Numbered from the stretch's first letter, positions 34,901 to 44,260 are shown. The stretch is DNA of 58,783 nucleotides from Candidatus Saccharimonadota bacterium (GCA_043743105.1 JAYTXD010000011.1:26001-84783); one strand, 5' to 3'. Numbers and translations: made by a program. The notes: generated by a model not told the origin, from the letters alone.

Positions 34901-35153
34901 GCTTACGCTAAGTATACCACTGCACTCGATAAAATATGTTCATCAGATAATGGGCACTGTTTGCCTTATCGGTGTCATTAAAATAGGAAGAAGCTACAGT
35001 TCAAACCTTAGGACTTTTACCCCTCTACCTATTGGGTCCCATTGCCTATATCCTAGGAGTTTAGTCCTAGTGATTTAGGAGCGTACAACTGTCTCCAGCG
35101 GATAAATTATCTGTACTAAAACCTCCAAGGGGATAGTCTATGTGCGTGTGAGT

Positions 35154-35225
35154 AGGAGTTTCGGATATTTCATTTTTAAGCGTCAAATCGCAGCCCAGCG
35201 GTAAAATGAAATATCTGAAACTCCT
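35154..35225. repeat. 72-nt long hairpin immediately downstream of prfB
   Basis: 23-nt arms AGGAGTTTCGGATATTTCATTTT (35154-35176) / AAAATGAAATATCTGAAACTCCT (35203-35225) with one G:T position and a 26-nt loop. Confidence 0.8.
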
Positions 35226-35244
35226 AGGAGAACTCCTCTGGTGG

Positions 35245-36330
35245 TTAGGCTTCAATGATGGAGTCGGTGTAGGCATCGATAAAACCGTCTAGATCGCCTG
35301 CTAATACGCCCTCGGTGTCGCTTGTTTCGTGAGAAGTGCGTAAATCTTTTACCATTTTGTATGGATGCAACACATAGCTACGTATTTGGTTTCCCCACTC
35401 AGCTGACTGGTTAATACCCTTTAGGTCAGCTAGTTTTTCTAGGTGCTGTTCGAGCTGCAGTTGAACGAGTCGTGAACGGATGATGGTCATGGCAGTTTCA
35501 CGGTTTTGGAGCTGCGAGCGCTCGTTTTGGATAGCAACCGTAATACCTGTTGGAATGTGGGTTATCCGAACAGCAGAATCGGTCGTATTCACACTTTGCC
35601 CACCCTTACCACCACTTCTATACACATCAATCTTAAGGTCTTTTTCATCAATTTCAAGAAGCTCAGGCTGGTCAATTTTAGGCACCACCTCTACTTTTGC
35701 AAATGAGGTCTGACGCAGTGAATCCGAGTTAAACGGGCTCAACCGTACCAAACGGTGCACGCCATGCTCACCTTTAAGTTTGCCGTATGCCAGTGGGCCA
35801 GCAATTTCGAACGTTACACTTTTGATGCCCGCTTCTTCGCCTACCGATTCGGCGATTGTCGTAAGAGTAAAGTCGTGTGCTTCAGTCCAGCGAACGTACA
35901 TACGGAGCAGCATTTGTGCCCAATCTTGCGCATCGGTACCACCTGCACCAGCATAGATACTCATAATAACGTTGCCCTCATCATGTGGTTGGCTGTATCT
36001 AAGTTCGCCCTTTAGTGCTTTAAATTTTTTGGCAAGGCTACTCAGCTGCTGAGAAAGTTCCACTTGCATCATTTCATCGTTGAGCGAACCTAGCTCTTGT
36101 AAATCTGTAGCCTCCTCAAGTAGTTGCTGCCATGGTTCAACTCTTGCTTTGAGCGCAGACTGTTCTTTCATTACAATGCCAGCTTTTTGGGCATCTTGCC
36201 AAAAGTTTGGGTCGGTAGTTTGTTTTGTCAGCGTAGAAAGTTTTTTAACCAATTCTTCAAGTTTAACTCTCTCGCAGGCACTGGTGATAATTTTTGCTTG
36301 TTCGACAATTTGTTTTTGTAGCTGTTCCAT
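35245..36330 (-). CDS. prfB: Peptide chain release factor 2 (single uninterrupted ORF, no programmed frameshift)
   Basis: 361-aa ORF with the SPF tripeptide (RLSPFNSD) and GGQ (SGGKGGQSVN). The N-terminal region is in frame. Confidence 0.9.
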   Translation of the reverse strand: MEQLQKQIVEQAKIITSACERVKLEELVKKLSTLTKQTTDPNFWQDAQKAGIVMKEQSALKARVEPWQQLLEEATDLQELGSLNDEMMQVELSQQLSSLAKKFKALKGELRYSQPHDEGNVIMSIYAGAGGTDAQDWAQMLLRMYVRWTEAHDFTLTTIAESVGEEAGIKSVTFEIAGPLAYGKLKGEHGVHRLVRLSPFNSDSLRQTSFAKVEVVPKIDQPELLEIDEKDLKIDVYRSGGKGGQSVNTTDSAVRITHIPTGITVAIQNERSQLQNRETAMTIIRSRLVQLQLEQHLEKLADLKGINQSAEWGNQIRSYVLHPYKMVKDLRTSHETSDTEGVLAGDLDGFIDAYTDSIIEA

Positions 36331-36337
36331 TATAAAT

Positions 36338-36343
36338 AGTATA
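36338..36343 (-). promoter_or_regulatory. -10 box TATACT 7 nt upstream of the prfB ATG, formed by the terminus of the family 1 repeat
   Basis: The minus strand reads GCCCGAGTATACT-ATTTATA-ATG. AGTATACT is itself a palindrome. Confidence 0.45.
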
Positions 36344-36410
36344 CTCGGGCTTACGCAAAATGGCGTACCGACCTGTGACTGCTCGGTAGTTTAGCGTAGG
36401 CCCGAGTATA
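36340..36410. repeat. Palindromic intergenic repeat family 1, short copy
   Basis: TATACTCGGGCTTACGC (36340-36356) pairs with GCGTAGGCCCGAGTATA (36394-36410) with one mismatch. It fills the spacer between the M16 peptidase gene and prfB. Confidence 0.8.
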
Positions 36411-36412
36411 GC

Positions 36413-37717
36413 CTAAAGAGGTTTGGAGCTTTCGTCCTGCCATAACTGGCTCATCAGTGCATGTAGATCGTCTGCTAACGGCTTACCTGCGCTACCTAAA
36501 AACCCAAGTGCCCAGGTTTTGTCTTGAAACATAAGCTCGGTTGTTTTAACAATATTGGTCTTTGTTACTGCCTTAATACGCTCGGGGATTGCATAATAGT
36601 CGTCAATTTCGTCTTCAAAGTAATAACGGTTACTGTATCCAGCTGCTGTACCACCAACTGTTTGCCCGCTACGCTGATATCGGCCTAACATATACTGTTT
36701 TGCGGCATCAATATCAGCTTCTACTATTTGGCCATCACGCACGGCATTAAGCTCTCGAACTATAATTTCAAACAAAGCTTTAGCGTTTGACGGCTGAATT
36801 TGAGCGCCAAACCACCAAGATACGTTGCTAGTCATTTGATTAAAACCAGAGCTCATCGAATATACTAGGCCTTTTTCTCGGGCCGAACCCAATATGCGTG
36901 AATAAAGAGTTTCTGTCAGCATAGTATTAATTAGCTGCCCAGCATCCCACTGATCTTCATCTAACCTTTCTAGATGAAAGGTATCCATAATAAAATAAAG
37001 GTTCTTAACACTTTGGTTGCGCAAATATAGTGGTTTTGTTAACTTAAGCGGTGTTTCAACCGGCAAAGCTATTCGGCCATTACCTTTTGGCAAAGACATA
37101 TCTTCCAACATGCGCAAAATACTAGCTCTATGACCTTTAATGCTGCCCGCAATAATAAAGCGCATATTACTGGTGGTATGTGTGCGTTTATAATGTTCTT
37201 CGACGTCTTTTTTGTTGTTATTGTGCAGTAGTTTTAGGCGTTCACGGTCGGTTTTGCCCTGATAGCCACAATATGTACGCATAGCAAGGCTAAGGTGCCT
37301 GAAGTGGTTATTGGCGCGACCATTAAGTTCCTCACGAACATTGCCCATTTCGGCCTCAAATTCTTCGTCCAAAAATAGCGGCTGGCTAATCGAAAGTAGC
37401 ATCAAATCAAAAATACGTTCCCATTCAAAGGCTGCACACTCGGCTTCGTAAGTAATGTCGTATACACCAGTGCTTGCGTTGTTATAGGCTCCGTTTTTTT
37501 CAAATTCTGCCTGAAATATCCTTGCTTTAGGGTGTAGCTTATTGGCACCTAGTAGCACGTGTTCCATAAGGTGCGGGGTTTCCCACTTTGCCGGGTCAAC
37601 CAAATATTCTCCAGCACGAAAGTTAAACTCATAGGTCATAACCAGTGCGTCAGGCACGTCAATAAGTAAGCCTTCGGCTCCGTTTGCAAGTACTACTTTT
37701 TCTACAGTGTGTTTCAT
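36413..37717 (-). CDS. M16-family (insulinase/pitrilysin-like) zinc peptidase
   Basis: 434-aa ORF with the inverted zincin motif HLMEH near the N-terminus and a two-lobed size typical of M16. Confidence 0.75.
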   Translation of the reverse strand: MKHTVEKVVLANGAEGLLIDVPDALVMTYEFNFRAGEYLVDPAKWETPHLMEHVLLGANKLHPKARIFQAEFEKNGAYNNASTGVYDITYEAECAAFEWERIFDLMLLSISQPLFLDEEFEAEMGNVREELNGRANNHFRHLSLAMRTYCGYQGKTDRERLKLLHNNNKKDVEEHYKRTHTTSNMRFIIAGSIKGHRASILRMLEDMSLPKGNGRIALPVETPLKLTKPLYLRNQSVKNLYFIMDTFHLERLDEDQWDAGQLINTMLTETLYSRILGSAREKGLVYSMSSGFNQMTSNVSWWFGAQIQPSNAKALFEIIVRELNAVRDGQIVEADIDAAKQYMLGRYQRSGQTVGGTAAGYSNRYYFEDEIDDYYAIPERIKAVTKTNIVKTTELMFQDKTWALGFLGSAGKPLADDLHALMSQLWQDESSKPL

Positions 37718-37793
37718 AATAAGAAATGGAGGCTTGGTGAAGCGCCAAGGTGAAGTTTGCTAAAACTAAAACCTTAACGCTAACCGCTACACC

Positions 37794-40391
37794 CTACTTT
37801 TTCCTCTTTTTGGCTTTAGACTTATTTTTACGTTCTGTTTTGCGTTGTTTTTGCTTTTTGTTTTTTGATGCAACAGCCTTCGTGGCGCTTTTTGCGTTGG
37901 GGTTAAAATCTTGTTCGTCGAACTCTTCGACATCAAGTATTTTGTCTGCATTGTCAACCGACTGACGAGCAGCACGAGTAAGGTCGGTTTCGGTTGGCTC
38001 ATCTATATCCGTAGGACGCGCGTTAAATAATGTACGAAGTACATCGTTACGAAGCGTAATCTGCATGGCTGCGAACAAGACTTGTGACTGACGACGGTAT
38101 TCGACCAACGGGTCACGTTGCCCGACGCTCAGCCAATGGATACCTTCACGCAAATGGTCCATATTTTCGAGGTGCTGCATCCACAAATTGTCGAGGACTT
38201 GCAGATAGACATCACGCTCTAGCTTGCGCATTAGCTCATCACCAAAGGTAGTTTCGCGACCGTCGTAGAGCTCTAGCGCTTCTTGTTTAAGTACGTCTGC
38301 AAACTTGCTTGCATCCGCATCAAAAACACGGTCCAATGTAGCCTCTTCAAATGGAAACACTTCACTAATTATATTTTCAAATTTATCGGTTGTCGAATCT
38401 GGAGAAGCAGCAAGGGCCGCAACTTCTTCTTTGATGAATTCTTTAATACGCGTCTTGATTGTTGCCTGAAGTAAAATCTCGCGGCGCATGATGTAAATAG
38501 CCTTACGGTGACGGTTCATGACGTCATCGTATTGAACGACGTTTTTACGCTGGTCAAAATTAAAGCCTTCAACTTTTTTTTGCGCTGCTTCAAGACTTTT
38601 ACTAATTATACGGTTTTGAATTGGTGTCTCGTCGTCAACCTTAAGGCGCTCCATAATAGAACCAATACGGTCACCGCCGAAAATACGCAACAGTTCATCT
38701 TCGGTACTTACAAAAAACTGAGTTTCGCCTGGGTCACCCTGGCGACCAGAACGTCCACGGAGCTGATTGTCGATACGCCGTGATTCGTGACGCTCGCTAC
38801 CAAGCACAAACAAACCACCCAGCTCTTTGACGTCTTCATCAAGGACAATGTCGGTACCACGACCAGCAATGTTGGTCGCTAGTGTAACCGCACCTTTTTG
38901 ACCTGCTTTTGCAACAATAGTTGCTTCACGCTCGTTGTTTTTAGCGTTTAAAACTTGGTGAGGAATATTGGCCTTTTTAAGCAGATTGCCAAGTTCTTCG
39001 TTTTTTTCAATTGATACGGTACCAATAAGTACTGGCTGACCCTTGGTGTGCAGTTTCTTAACCTCATTAACAATTGCCTTGAACTTACCCTTTTCGGTCT
39101 TATAAATTCGGTCGGTGTCGTCCTTACGGGCTATTTTGCGGTTACTTGGAATCTCGACTACATCCAGCTTATATATCTGATGAAACTCCTCGGCTTCAGT
39201 AAGTGCGGTACCAGTCATACCACCTAGCTTTTCGTAGAGTCGGAAGTAGTTTTGGAAAGATATAGTTGCAAGCGTCATAGACTCTTCTTGCACTTCAACA
39301 CCTTCTTTGGCTTCTATGGCCTGATGAAGGCCCTCGTTATAGCGACGCCCTTTAAGCATACGCCCCGTAAACTCATCGACAATCACCACTTCGCCGTCAT
39401 TGCTAACAACATAGTCTTTGTCGCGTTTAAAAAGTAGCTCTGCCTTAAGTGCTTGCTCAAGGTGATAAATATTACGGATGTTTTCGGTAGAATAGAGGCT
39501 TTTAAGACCTAGGATCTTTTCGATTTTTTCGACACCTTCATCAGTCAAAATAACCGTGCGGCGCTTTTCGTCAATCTCGTACATACCCTCTTTAAGTTGC
39601 TTTACGACTTTAGAAAATTGGCCATAACTGGCGCCGCTAGCTACAGCTGGTGCCGATATAATAAGCGGCGTACGAGCTTCATCAATTAAGATTGAGTCGA
39701 CTTCGTCAACGATTGCATAATGCAAGTCTCGCTGGCGTAGCTGTTCTACTTCGCGGACCATATTGTCACGCAAGTAGTCAAAGCCGAGCTCATTATTAGT
39801 ACTGTAGGTAATATCTGCCTGGTACGCTTCTTGACGAGTTGAAGGTTTAAGATGCTTGAAGCGGCTATCGTCATGACTGTCGTCAGAAAAGTTAGGGTCA
39901 TATATAAATGATTGGTCAGGAATAATAACACCGGTGCTAAGGCCTAAGAAGTGATATACTGGTGCCATCCAACCAGCACCTATACGAGCAAGGTAGTCGT
40001 TAACGGTAACAAGGTGTGCGCCTTTTCCTGCAAGTGCATTGAGATACAGTGGCAAAGTTGCAACAAGCGTTTTGCCTTCACCGGTTTTCATTTCGCCTAC
40101 GTTACCCTCGTGCAATACCATGCCGCCAATTAGCTGCACATCAAAGTGACGTTGCTTAAGTGTACGAAACGCAGCTTCGCGCACCAATGCAAATGCATCC
40201 GGAAGTAGTGCGTCGAGCGTTTCTTTATCGAAACGCTTTTTAAGCACGGCCGTTTGGGCTTTTAGTTGCGCATCAGACATTCTTTGATACTTTGGTTCAA
40301 GCTTATTAACAACGGCCACGCGTTTACGCAAGCGTTTAATGGTTTTTGCTTGCGGATCGCCCAAAACACGCTTTAAGAGTCGGTTATTCAT
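37794..40391 (-). CDS. secA: Preprotein translocase ATPase SecA (Lys-rich tail instead of zinc-finger C-terminus)
   Basis: 865-aa ORF with MKTGEGKTLVATL, DEVDSILIDEARTPLIIS and TNMAGRGTDI-like (TNIAGRGTDI) motifs. The C-terminal 40 aa are KKQKQRK-type and contain no Cys. Confidence 0.95.
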   Translation of the reverse strand: MNNRLLKRVLGDPQAKTIKRLRKRVAVVNKLEPKYQRMSDAQLKAQTAVLKKRFDKETLDALLPDAFALVREAAFRTLKQRHFDVQLIGGMVLHEGNVGEMKTGEGKTLVATLPLYLNALAGKGAHLVTVNDYLARIGAGWMAPVYHFLGLSTGVIIPDQSFIYDPNFSDDSHDDSRFKHLKPSTRQEAYQADITYSTNNELGFDYLRDNMVREVEQLRQRDLHYAIVDEVDSILIDEARTPLIISAPAVASGASYGQFSKVVKQLKEGMYEIDEKRRTVILTDEGVEKIEKILGLKSLYSTENIRNIYHLEQALKAELLFKRDKDYVVSNDGEVVIVDEFTGRMLKGRRYNEGLHQAIEAKEGVEVQEESMTLATISFQNYFRLYEKLGGMTGTALTEAEEFHQIYKLDVVEIPSNRKIARKDDTDRIYKTEKGKFKAIVNEVKKLHTKGQPVLIGTVSIEKNEELGNLLKKANIPHQVLNAKNNEREATIVAKAGQKGAVTLATNIAGRGTDIVLDEDVKELGGLFVLGSERHESRRIDNQLRGRSGRQGDPGETQFFVSTEDELLRIFGGDRIGSIMERLKVDDETPIQNRIISKSLEAAQKKVEGFNFDQRKNVVQYDDVMNRHRKAIYIMRREILLQATIKTRIKEFIKEEVAALAASPDSTTDKFENIISEVFPFEEATLDRVFDADASKFADVLKQEALELYDGRETTFGDELMRKLERDVYLQVLDNLWMQHLENMDHLREGIHWLSVGQRDPLVEYRRQSQVLFAAMQITLRNDVLRTLFNARPTDIDEPTETDLTRAARQSVDNADKILDVEEFDEQDFNPNAKSATKAVASKNKKQKQRKTERKNKSKAKKRKK

Positions 40392-40471
40392 ACGATGTGT
40401 CTGTCTCCCTGTAATTCAGTAATACTATTGTACCCGATAACGGGACTGATAAACAGATGTAATTTTGACTT

Positions 40472-40834
40472 TTAAGCCTCACGTCGGCGTAAACGCCCTG
40501 CCATACGACGTAAAAGATGTGGATTGGTGTGTGTTTCTTTATATTTTTTAAGTTGATTGACAAGTTTTGCCTCAACAATATCAATAGCGGCAAACATATT
40601 GCTGGTAGCTTCTTTGGCATTTAGCACTTCGTGCGGCATATATACAATCAGTTCGGCCGTACATTTTTTGTTGCTCTGGGCCTTGTTTTCCTTGAGTTTT
40701 ACTTCAACATGGGCACTTTCGCGGGAGTTTTTAGGCATATAACGCTCCAGCTTGGTAACGGCCTTCGCTACGTATTTCTTTAGCTTTTCATCAGTATCTG
40801 CATGTACACCTTTTACTTCAAACTTTTGTATCAT
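40472..40834 (-). CDS. hpf: Ribosome hibernation promoting factor / RaiA family (short form)
   Basis: 120-aa ORF (FEVKGVHADTDEKLKKYVAKAVTKLERY) with AGGAG 5 nt upstream. It is in the conserved position upstream of secA. Confidence 0.8.
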   Translation of the reverse strand: MIQKFEVKGVHADTDEKLKKYVAKAVTKLERYMPKNSRESAHVEVKLKENKAQSNKKCTAELIVYMPHEVLNAKEATSNMFAAIDIVEAKLVNQLKKYKETHTNPHLLRRMAGRLRRREA

Positions 40835-40888
40835 AAAATCTCCTGTTTATTTGACGTGTTAGCTATTTAGCTGCGTGTGTCGCCACAT

Positions 40889-42136
40889 TTATATTATGCT
40901 CTTACCGCCCATATATGGCTGTAAGACTTCTGGCACGCGTAATGTTCCATCTTCGTTTTGATAATGTTCAATTACCGCGACCAAAGAACGCGCTAATGAA
41001 ACTGCTGTTCCGTTTAGCGTATGTAGAACTTCAACGCTGCCGTCACTTCGGCGAACGCGGATATTGAGATTACGGGCTTGAAAATCGGTGCAGTTACTGC
41101 AGCTTGTGAGTTCACGGTAGGCTCCGTCAACTGGCGACCAGTATTCGAGGTCGTATTTTTTAGCAGCAGGCGCGCCAAGATCACCGCTGGCGATGTTGAT
41201 TATATGATACGGTATACTGATTGACTGCCAGATTTCTTCTTCGATAGATAAAATTCGCTCATGCAGTTCTTTACTTTTTTCCGGTACACAGAACGCATAC
41301 ATTTCAAGCTTATTAAACTGGTGAACCCTGAATAAACCACGTGTATGCTTGCCGTATGTGCCAGCTTCTTTTCGGTAGCATGGGCTTAGACCCACGTAAA
41401 GGAGTGGTAAATCTTTTTCGTCAATGATCTCGTCCGCATGGTAACCCGTTATAGGCATCTCGGCAGTTGCTATCAGAGACAAGTCTTCTCCTTCTATAAA
41501 ATATTCGTCACTTTGATCGGTACTTCGTGGTGCAAAACCAGCACCAGTCGCAGTCCGGCTGTTAACAAGATTTGGGACTATCATGAATGTAAAACCTTTT
41601 TTTATCACAAAATCTAGGGCGTACTGAATTATGGCGTTTTCAAGCAGTGCTAAGTCACCCTTTAGAAAATAAAACTTAGTACCAGCAACTTTTGCGCCAC
41701 GTTCAAAATCTAGCCAACCCCGTTTTGTGGCGAAATCTAAATGATCCTGCGCGCCAGTTTTTTGGTCGCCGAACTTTTTAATTTCAATGCTAGCGCTTTC
41801 GTCACCCACCGGCACATCGTCAAACGTCGGGTTTGGTACGCCCTGCATAATGGCTTGGAATTTTTCTTCAATAACTCCTAAGTCTGCTTCAAGTACATTT
41901 AGCTCGGTTTTGATTTGTTTACCCTCTTCAATCTGCGCTTGGTCTGGCTTACCACCACCTTGCATCTTGGCAGCATTTTCATTCTTTTTCTGACGGAGTG
42001 CTTCAACGCTATTAAGGAGGTCACGTCGCTCGGCGTCTATATTAAGTAGATCTGCAATAACTACTTTATAGCCCTTTTCACGAGCCTTTTTTTCTACAAG
42101 TTCGGGATTATCCCTGATATATTGAATGTCTAGCAT
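40889..42136 (-). CDS. serS: Serine--tRNA ligase
   Basis: 415-aa ORF with an N-terminal coiled-coil arm (MLDIQYIRDNPELV...) and a class II core (FRVHQFNKLE, TLNGTAVSLARSLVAVIE). Confidence 0.95.
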   Translation of the reverse strand: MLDIQYIRDNPELVEKKAREKGYKVVIADLLNIDAERRDLLNSVEALRQKKNENAAKMQGGGKPDQAQIEEGKQIKTELNVLEADLGVIEEKFQAIMQGVPNPTFDDVPVGDESASIEIKKFGDQKTGAQDHLDFATKRGWLDFERGAKVAGTKFYFLKGDLALLENAIIQYALDFVIKKGFTFMIVPNLVNSRTATGAGFAPRSTDQSDEYFIEGEDLSLIATAEMPITGYHADEIIDEKDLPLLYVGLSPCYRKEAGTYGKHTRGLFRVHQFNKLEMYAFCVPEKSKELHERILSIEEEIWQSISIPYHIINIASGDLGAPAAKKYDLEYWSPVDGAYRELTSCSNCTDFQARNLNIRVRRSDGSVEVLHTLNGTAVSLARSLVAVIEHYQNEDGTLRVPEVLQPYMGGKSII

Positions 42137-42142
42137 ACGGGT

Positions 42143-42148
42143 AGTATA
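42143..42148 (-). promoter_or_regulatory. -10 box TATACT 6 nt upstream of the serS ATG (leaderless-type)
   Basis: The minus strand reads TATACT-ACCCGT-ATG. Confidence 0.45.
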
Positions 42149-42169
42149 GCGCGTAAAATGATTAAACTC

Positions 42170-42338
42170 CTATAGCACCCGCAAATCAAAATATGTAAAT
42201 TTTGAGTGATGGATGACTGAGCTATAACTACTGGTTTTGTGACAAAGCATATCCGTAGATATGGTGCGAAGCAAACCAGTAGTTATGGCCAGTCAGGCGC
42301 GGTCAAAAAGACATGTTTTGATTTACCGGGGGCTATAG
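42170..42338. repeat. Repeat family 2, composite copy with about 120-nt internal insertion
   Basis: The left end CTATAGCACCCGCAAATCAAAATATGTAAATTTTGA matches the 19513 copy, and the right end TTTTGATTTACCGGGGGCTATAG closes it. The interior has its own roughly 26-bp imperfect inverted repeat (GACTGAGCTATAACTACTGGTTT / AAACCAGTAGTTATGGCCAGTC). Confidence 0.8.
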
Positions 42339-42348
42339 TTAAACTTTA

Positions 42349-43128
42349 TTACAAGTTTTTTAGGTATTTTAACGTAAGTTCGGTGCGTGCCTTGGCATAC
42401 ATACAGTAGTCACAGTCGCCGCCCATGGCAGCTGTACCAACAGCAGGCATATCGCCGTCCATGCATTCTTTCATTCTAATAATTGTGGGCTCTACCCAAT
42501 CAGCTTTACCGGTATACGGAATGACTTTAGTGCGGAATTCTATCCGGTCGTTAAAACCATCCATGTCCATCCTGCCATTGGTATACACAAAATAACCGGT
42601 GTCGTTAACCTTAAGACCATTTTGACGCAGGAGCCATTGGTAGACTTCCATCTGCCGCTTATAGCTAATTTGCCAATCCGAGCTAATGTCTACTTCTTTG
42701 GCTTTTGAGGTAGCCTTATAGTCAACCACAATTACATTGCCATCCCCGTCAACCCACAGGTCATCCACCGCCCCAAAAACATGTAGATTGGTTGGCTTAT
42801 GTATGGCAACAACGCCCACAAAGTTTTCGCGCCATTTGTCTAAGCTATCGTGCGCAAAAGGTACGGCATCCACGCCAAATTCGATCATAAGTGGATGTGG
42901 CTGCTTTTTACTACGGTAGCCGTCGAATTCTTTTTTAAACAGTTCATCAATAGTTTTATTTATGTTAAATGGTGGCGTGTTTGGCCTAGTAATTTTTAGC
43001 CGTGTATCGAGCCAAAAACAGCGCGGGCACTGCATATACAGCTCAATTTTGGAGCGCGAAATCTTAAAAGCCGTGGTTTGACCCAACTTATACGGCTGAC
43101 TGCGTTCTCTCCAGTAGTTATTTGCCAT
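42349..43128 (-). CDS. PD-(D/E)XK nuclease, Cas4/RecB-like, with four Cys (CxxC ... CxxC)
   Basis: 259-aa ORF with N-terminal CPRCFW, the core GAVDDLWVDGDGNVIVVDYKAT (D...D-x-K), the QxxxY motif RQMEVYQWL and C-terminal CDYCMY. Confidence 0.7.
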   Translation of the reverse strand: MANNYWRERSQPYKLGQTTAFKISRSKIELYMQCPRCFWLDTRLKITRPNTPPFNINKTIDELFKKEFDGYRSKKQPHPLMIEFGVDAVPFAHDSLDKWRENFVGVVAIHKPTNLHVFGAVDDLWVDGDGNVIVVDYKATSKAKEVDISSDWQISYKRQMEVYQWLLRQNGLKVNDTGYFVYTNGRMDMDGFNDRIEFRTKVIPYTGKADWVEPTIIRMKECMDGDMPAVGTAAMGGDCDYCMYAKARTELTLKYLKNL

Positions 43129-43198
43129 GCTGCTCTATTGTACCAGGCACACTGTATGTTTTAATGGCCATTTTTTTGAAATGACTATGCGAGACGAT

Positions 43199-44260
43199 TT
43201 AGATTGTTCCGAACTCACCTACATGATTATCTGCTGTAGGAGATACTACCGCACACTGCTCGCCTTTAAATGCGGCCGATATATCGGTGTCCGATTTTGC
43301 CGAGCTACATATTATATTCCCTACGTTATCAGTATCGACATATTTCCATTTATCACCGTCTTTTTTATAATAGTGAGCTATTGAATTCCCGTAGAGAAAC
43401 GCTATTTTGTAACCGGCAGTTGTCGAAGGCTTAACGTATGTCGGAGGATAAATATAGACACCGTATGCAAAATCATTATCGCTGGCTATCTTTATGGCCT
43501 CCGAGGCAGCGTCCTTTGCTTTACTAGCAGATCTTGTAGATGCACAAGATAATTTAATTACGGCTACGCTTACAGGTTTGTTCTCTTTATTTTTTAATTT
43601 GCCCGTTTGATCAAGCTCAACCTTTAAAACCAAGGAGCAAACATTAGTGCTGTCCTTCAAATATACAACGTTCCTACAGTCTGGACCCTGCCCCCCAGGT
43701 CCCACATAAGGACCTTCCTTGAACCCAACTTCTCTGCCGTATTTAGCATCGCTAAAAAATTTCGTCACTGTATCTAGATTTTGCTTAAACTTGTTACTGA
43801 ATGCATTACAATCGTACGGCTGGTCTTTGGATTCTGTGTCTTTGGCATCAAACTGACCAAACTGGTAGAGCTTGGATATATCTGCCTCAACACCCGTATA
43901 GTGTGTGTCGTCAACCTTTATATACGCAGTCGAATATTCCAAGTCGATAGCTGGTTTAGCGACTAGTGCTGATGATAATTTACTATCTATTTTAGCTACT
44001 ATTGCAGCTGCTTTAGAAGTTGAATTTTCTTTTTTTACAATTCCTTTAGTCCCATTACTCCTTAAAGTAAACCACCACACTACAATAGATACACCTACAA
44101 GTAATGCTACTAAAACGAGCGTTGCAATTTTTTTACTGAGTAGTTTAGCCGTTGGTTTTAACTTATTATCTTTGGTCAAATCATTTAGTTTTTGGGGTGT
44201 GATTGAGTTCTCGGCATCTATTGTCTCGTCTGATTTATTTTCCTGTCCTTCTATCAACAT
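43199..44260 (-). CDS. Membrane-anchored extracytoplasmic hypothetical protein
   Basis: 353-aa ORF with a charged N-terminus, one TM (IATLVLVALLVGVSIVVWWF) and a Cys-containing external domain. No family recognised. Confidence 0.45.
   Translation of the reverse strand: MLIEGQENKSDETIDAENSITPQKLNDLTKDNKLKPTAKLLSKKIATLVLVALLVGVSIVVWWFTLRSNGTKGIVKKENSTSKAAAIVAKIDSKLSSALVAKPAIDLEYSTAYIKVDDTHYTGVEADISKLYQFGQFDAKDTESKDQPYDCNAFSNKFKQNLDTVTKFFSDAKYGREVGFKEGPYVGPGGQGPDCRNVVYLKDSTNVCSLVLKVELDQTGKLKNKENKPVSVAVIKLSCASTRSASKAKDAASEAIKIASDNDFAYGVYIYPPTYVKPSTTAGYKIAFLYGNSIAHYYKKDGDKWKYVDTDNVGNIICSSAKSDTDISAAFKGEQCAVVSPTADNHVGEFGTI

Noticed and set aside
35245-36330. Programmed +1 frameshift in prfB
   Set aside because: The whole RF2 sequence, including the N-terminal about 30 residues, is in one frame. 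There is no in-frame TGA with an upstream SD-like element.
42137-42348. T-box riboswitch upstream of serS (also checked upstream of glyQS, lysS and proS)
   Set aside because: No T-box consensus (AATTAGGGTGGTACCGCG-like) or specifier-loop architecture is visible. The serS, lysS and glyQS starts lie 6-10 nt from -10 boxes, which leaves no leader.
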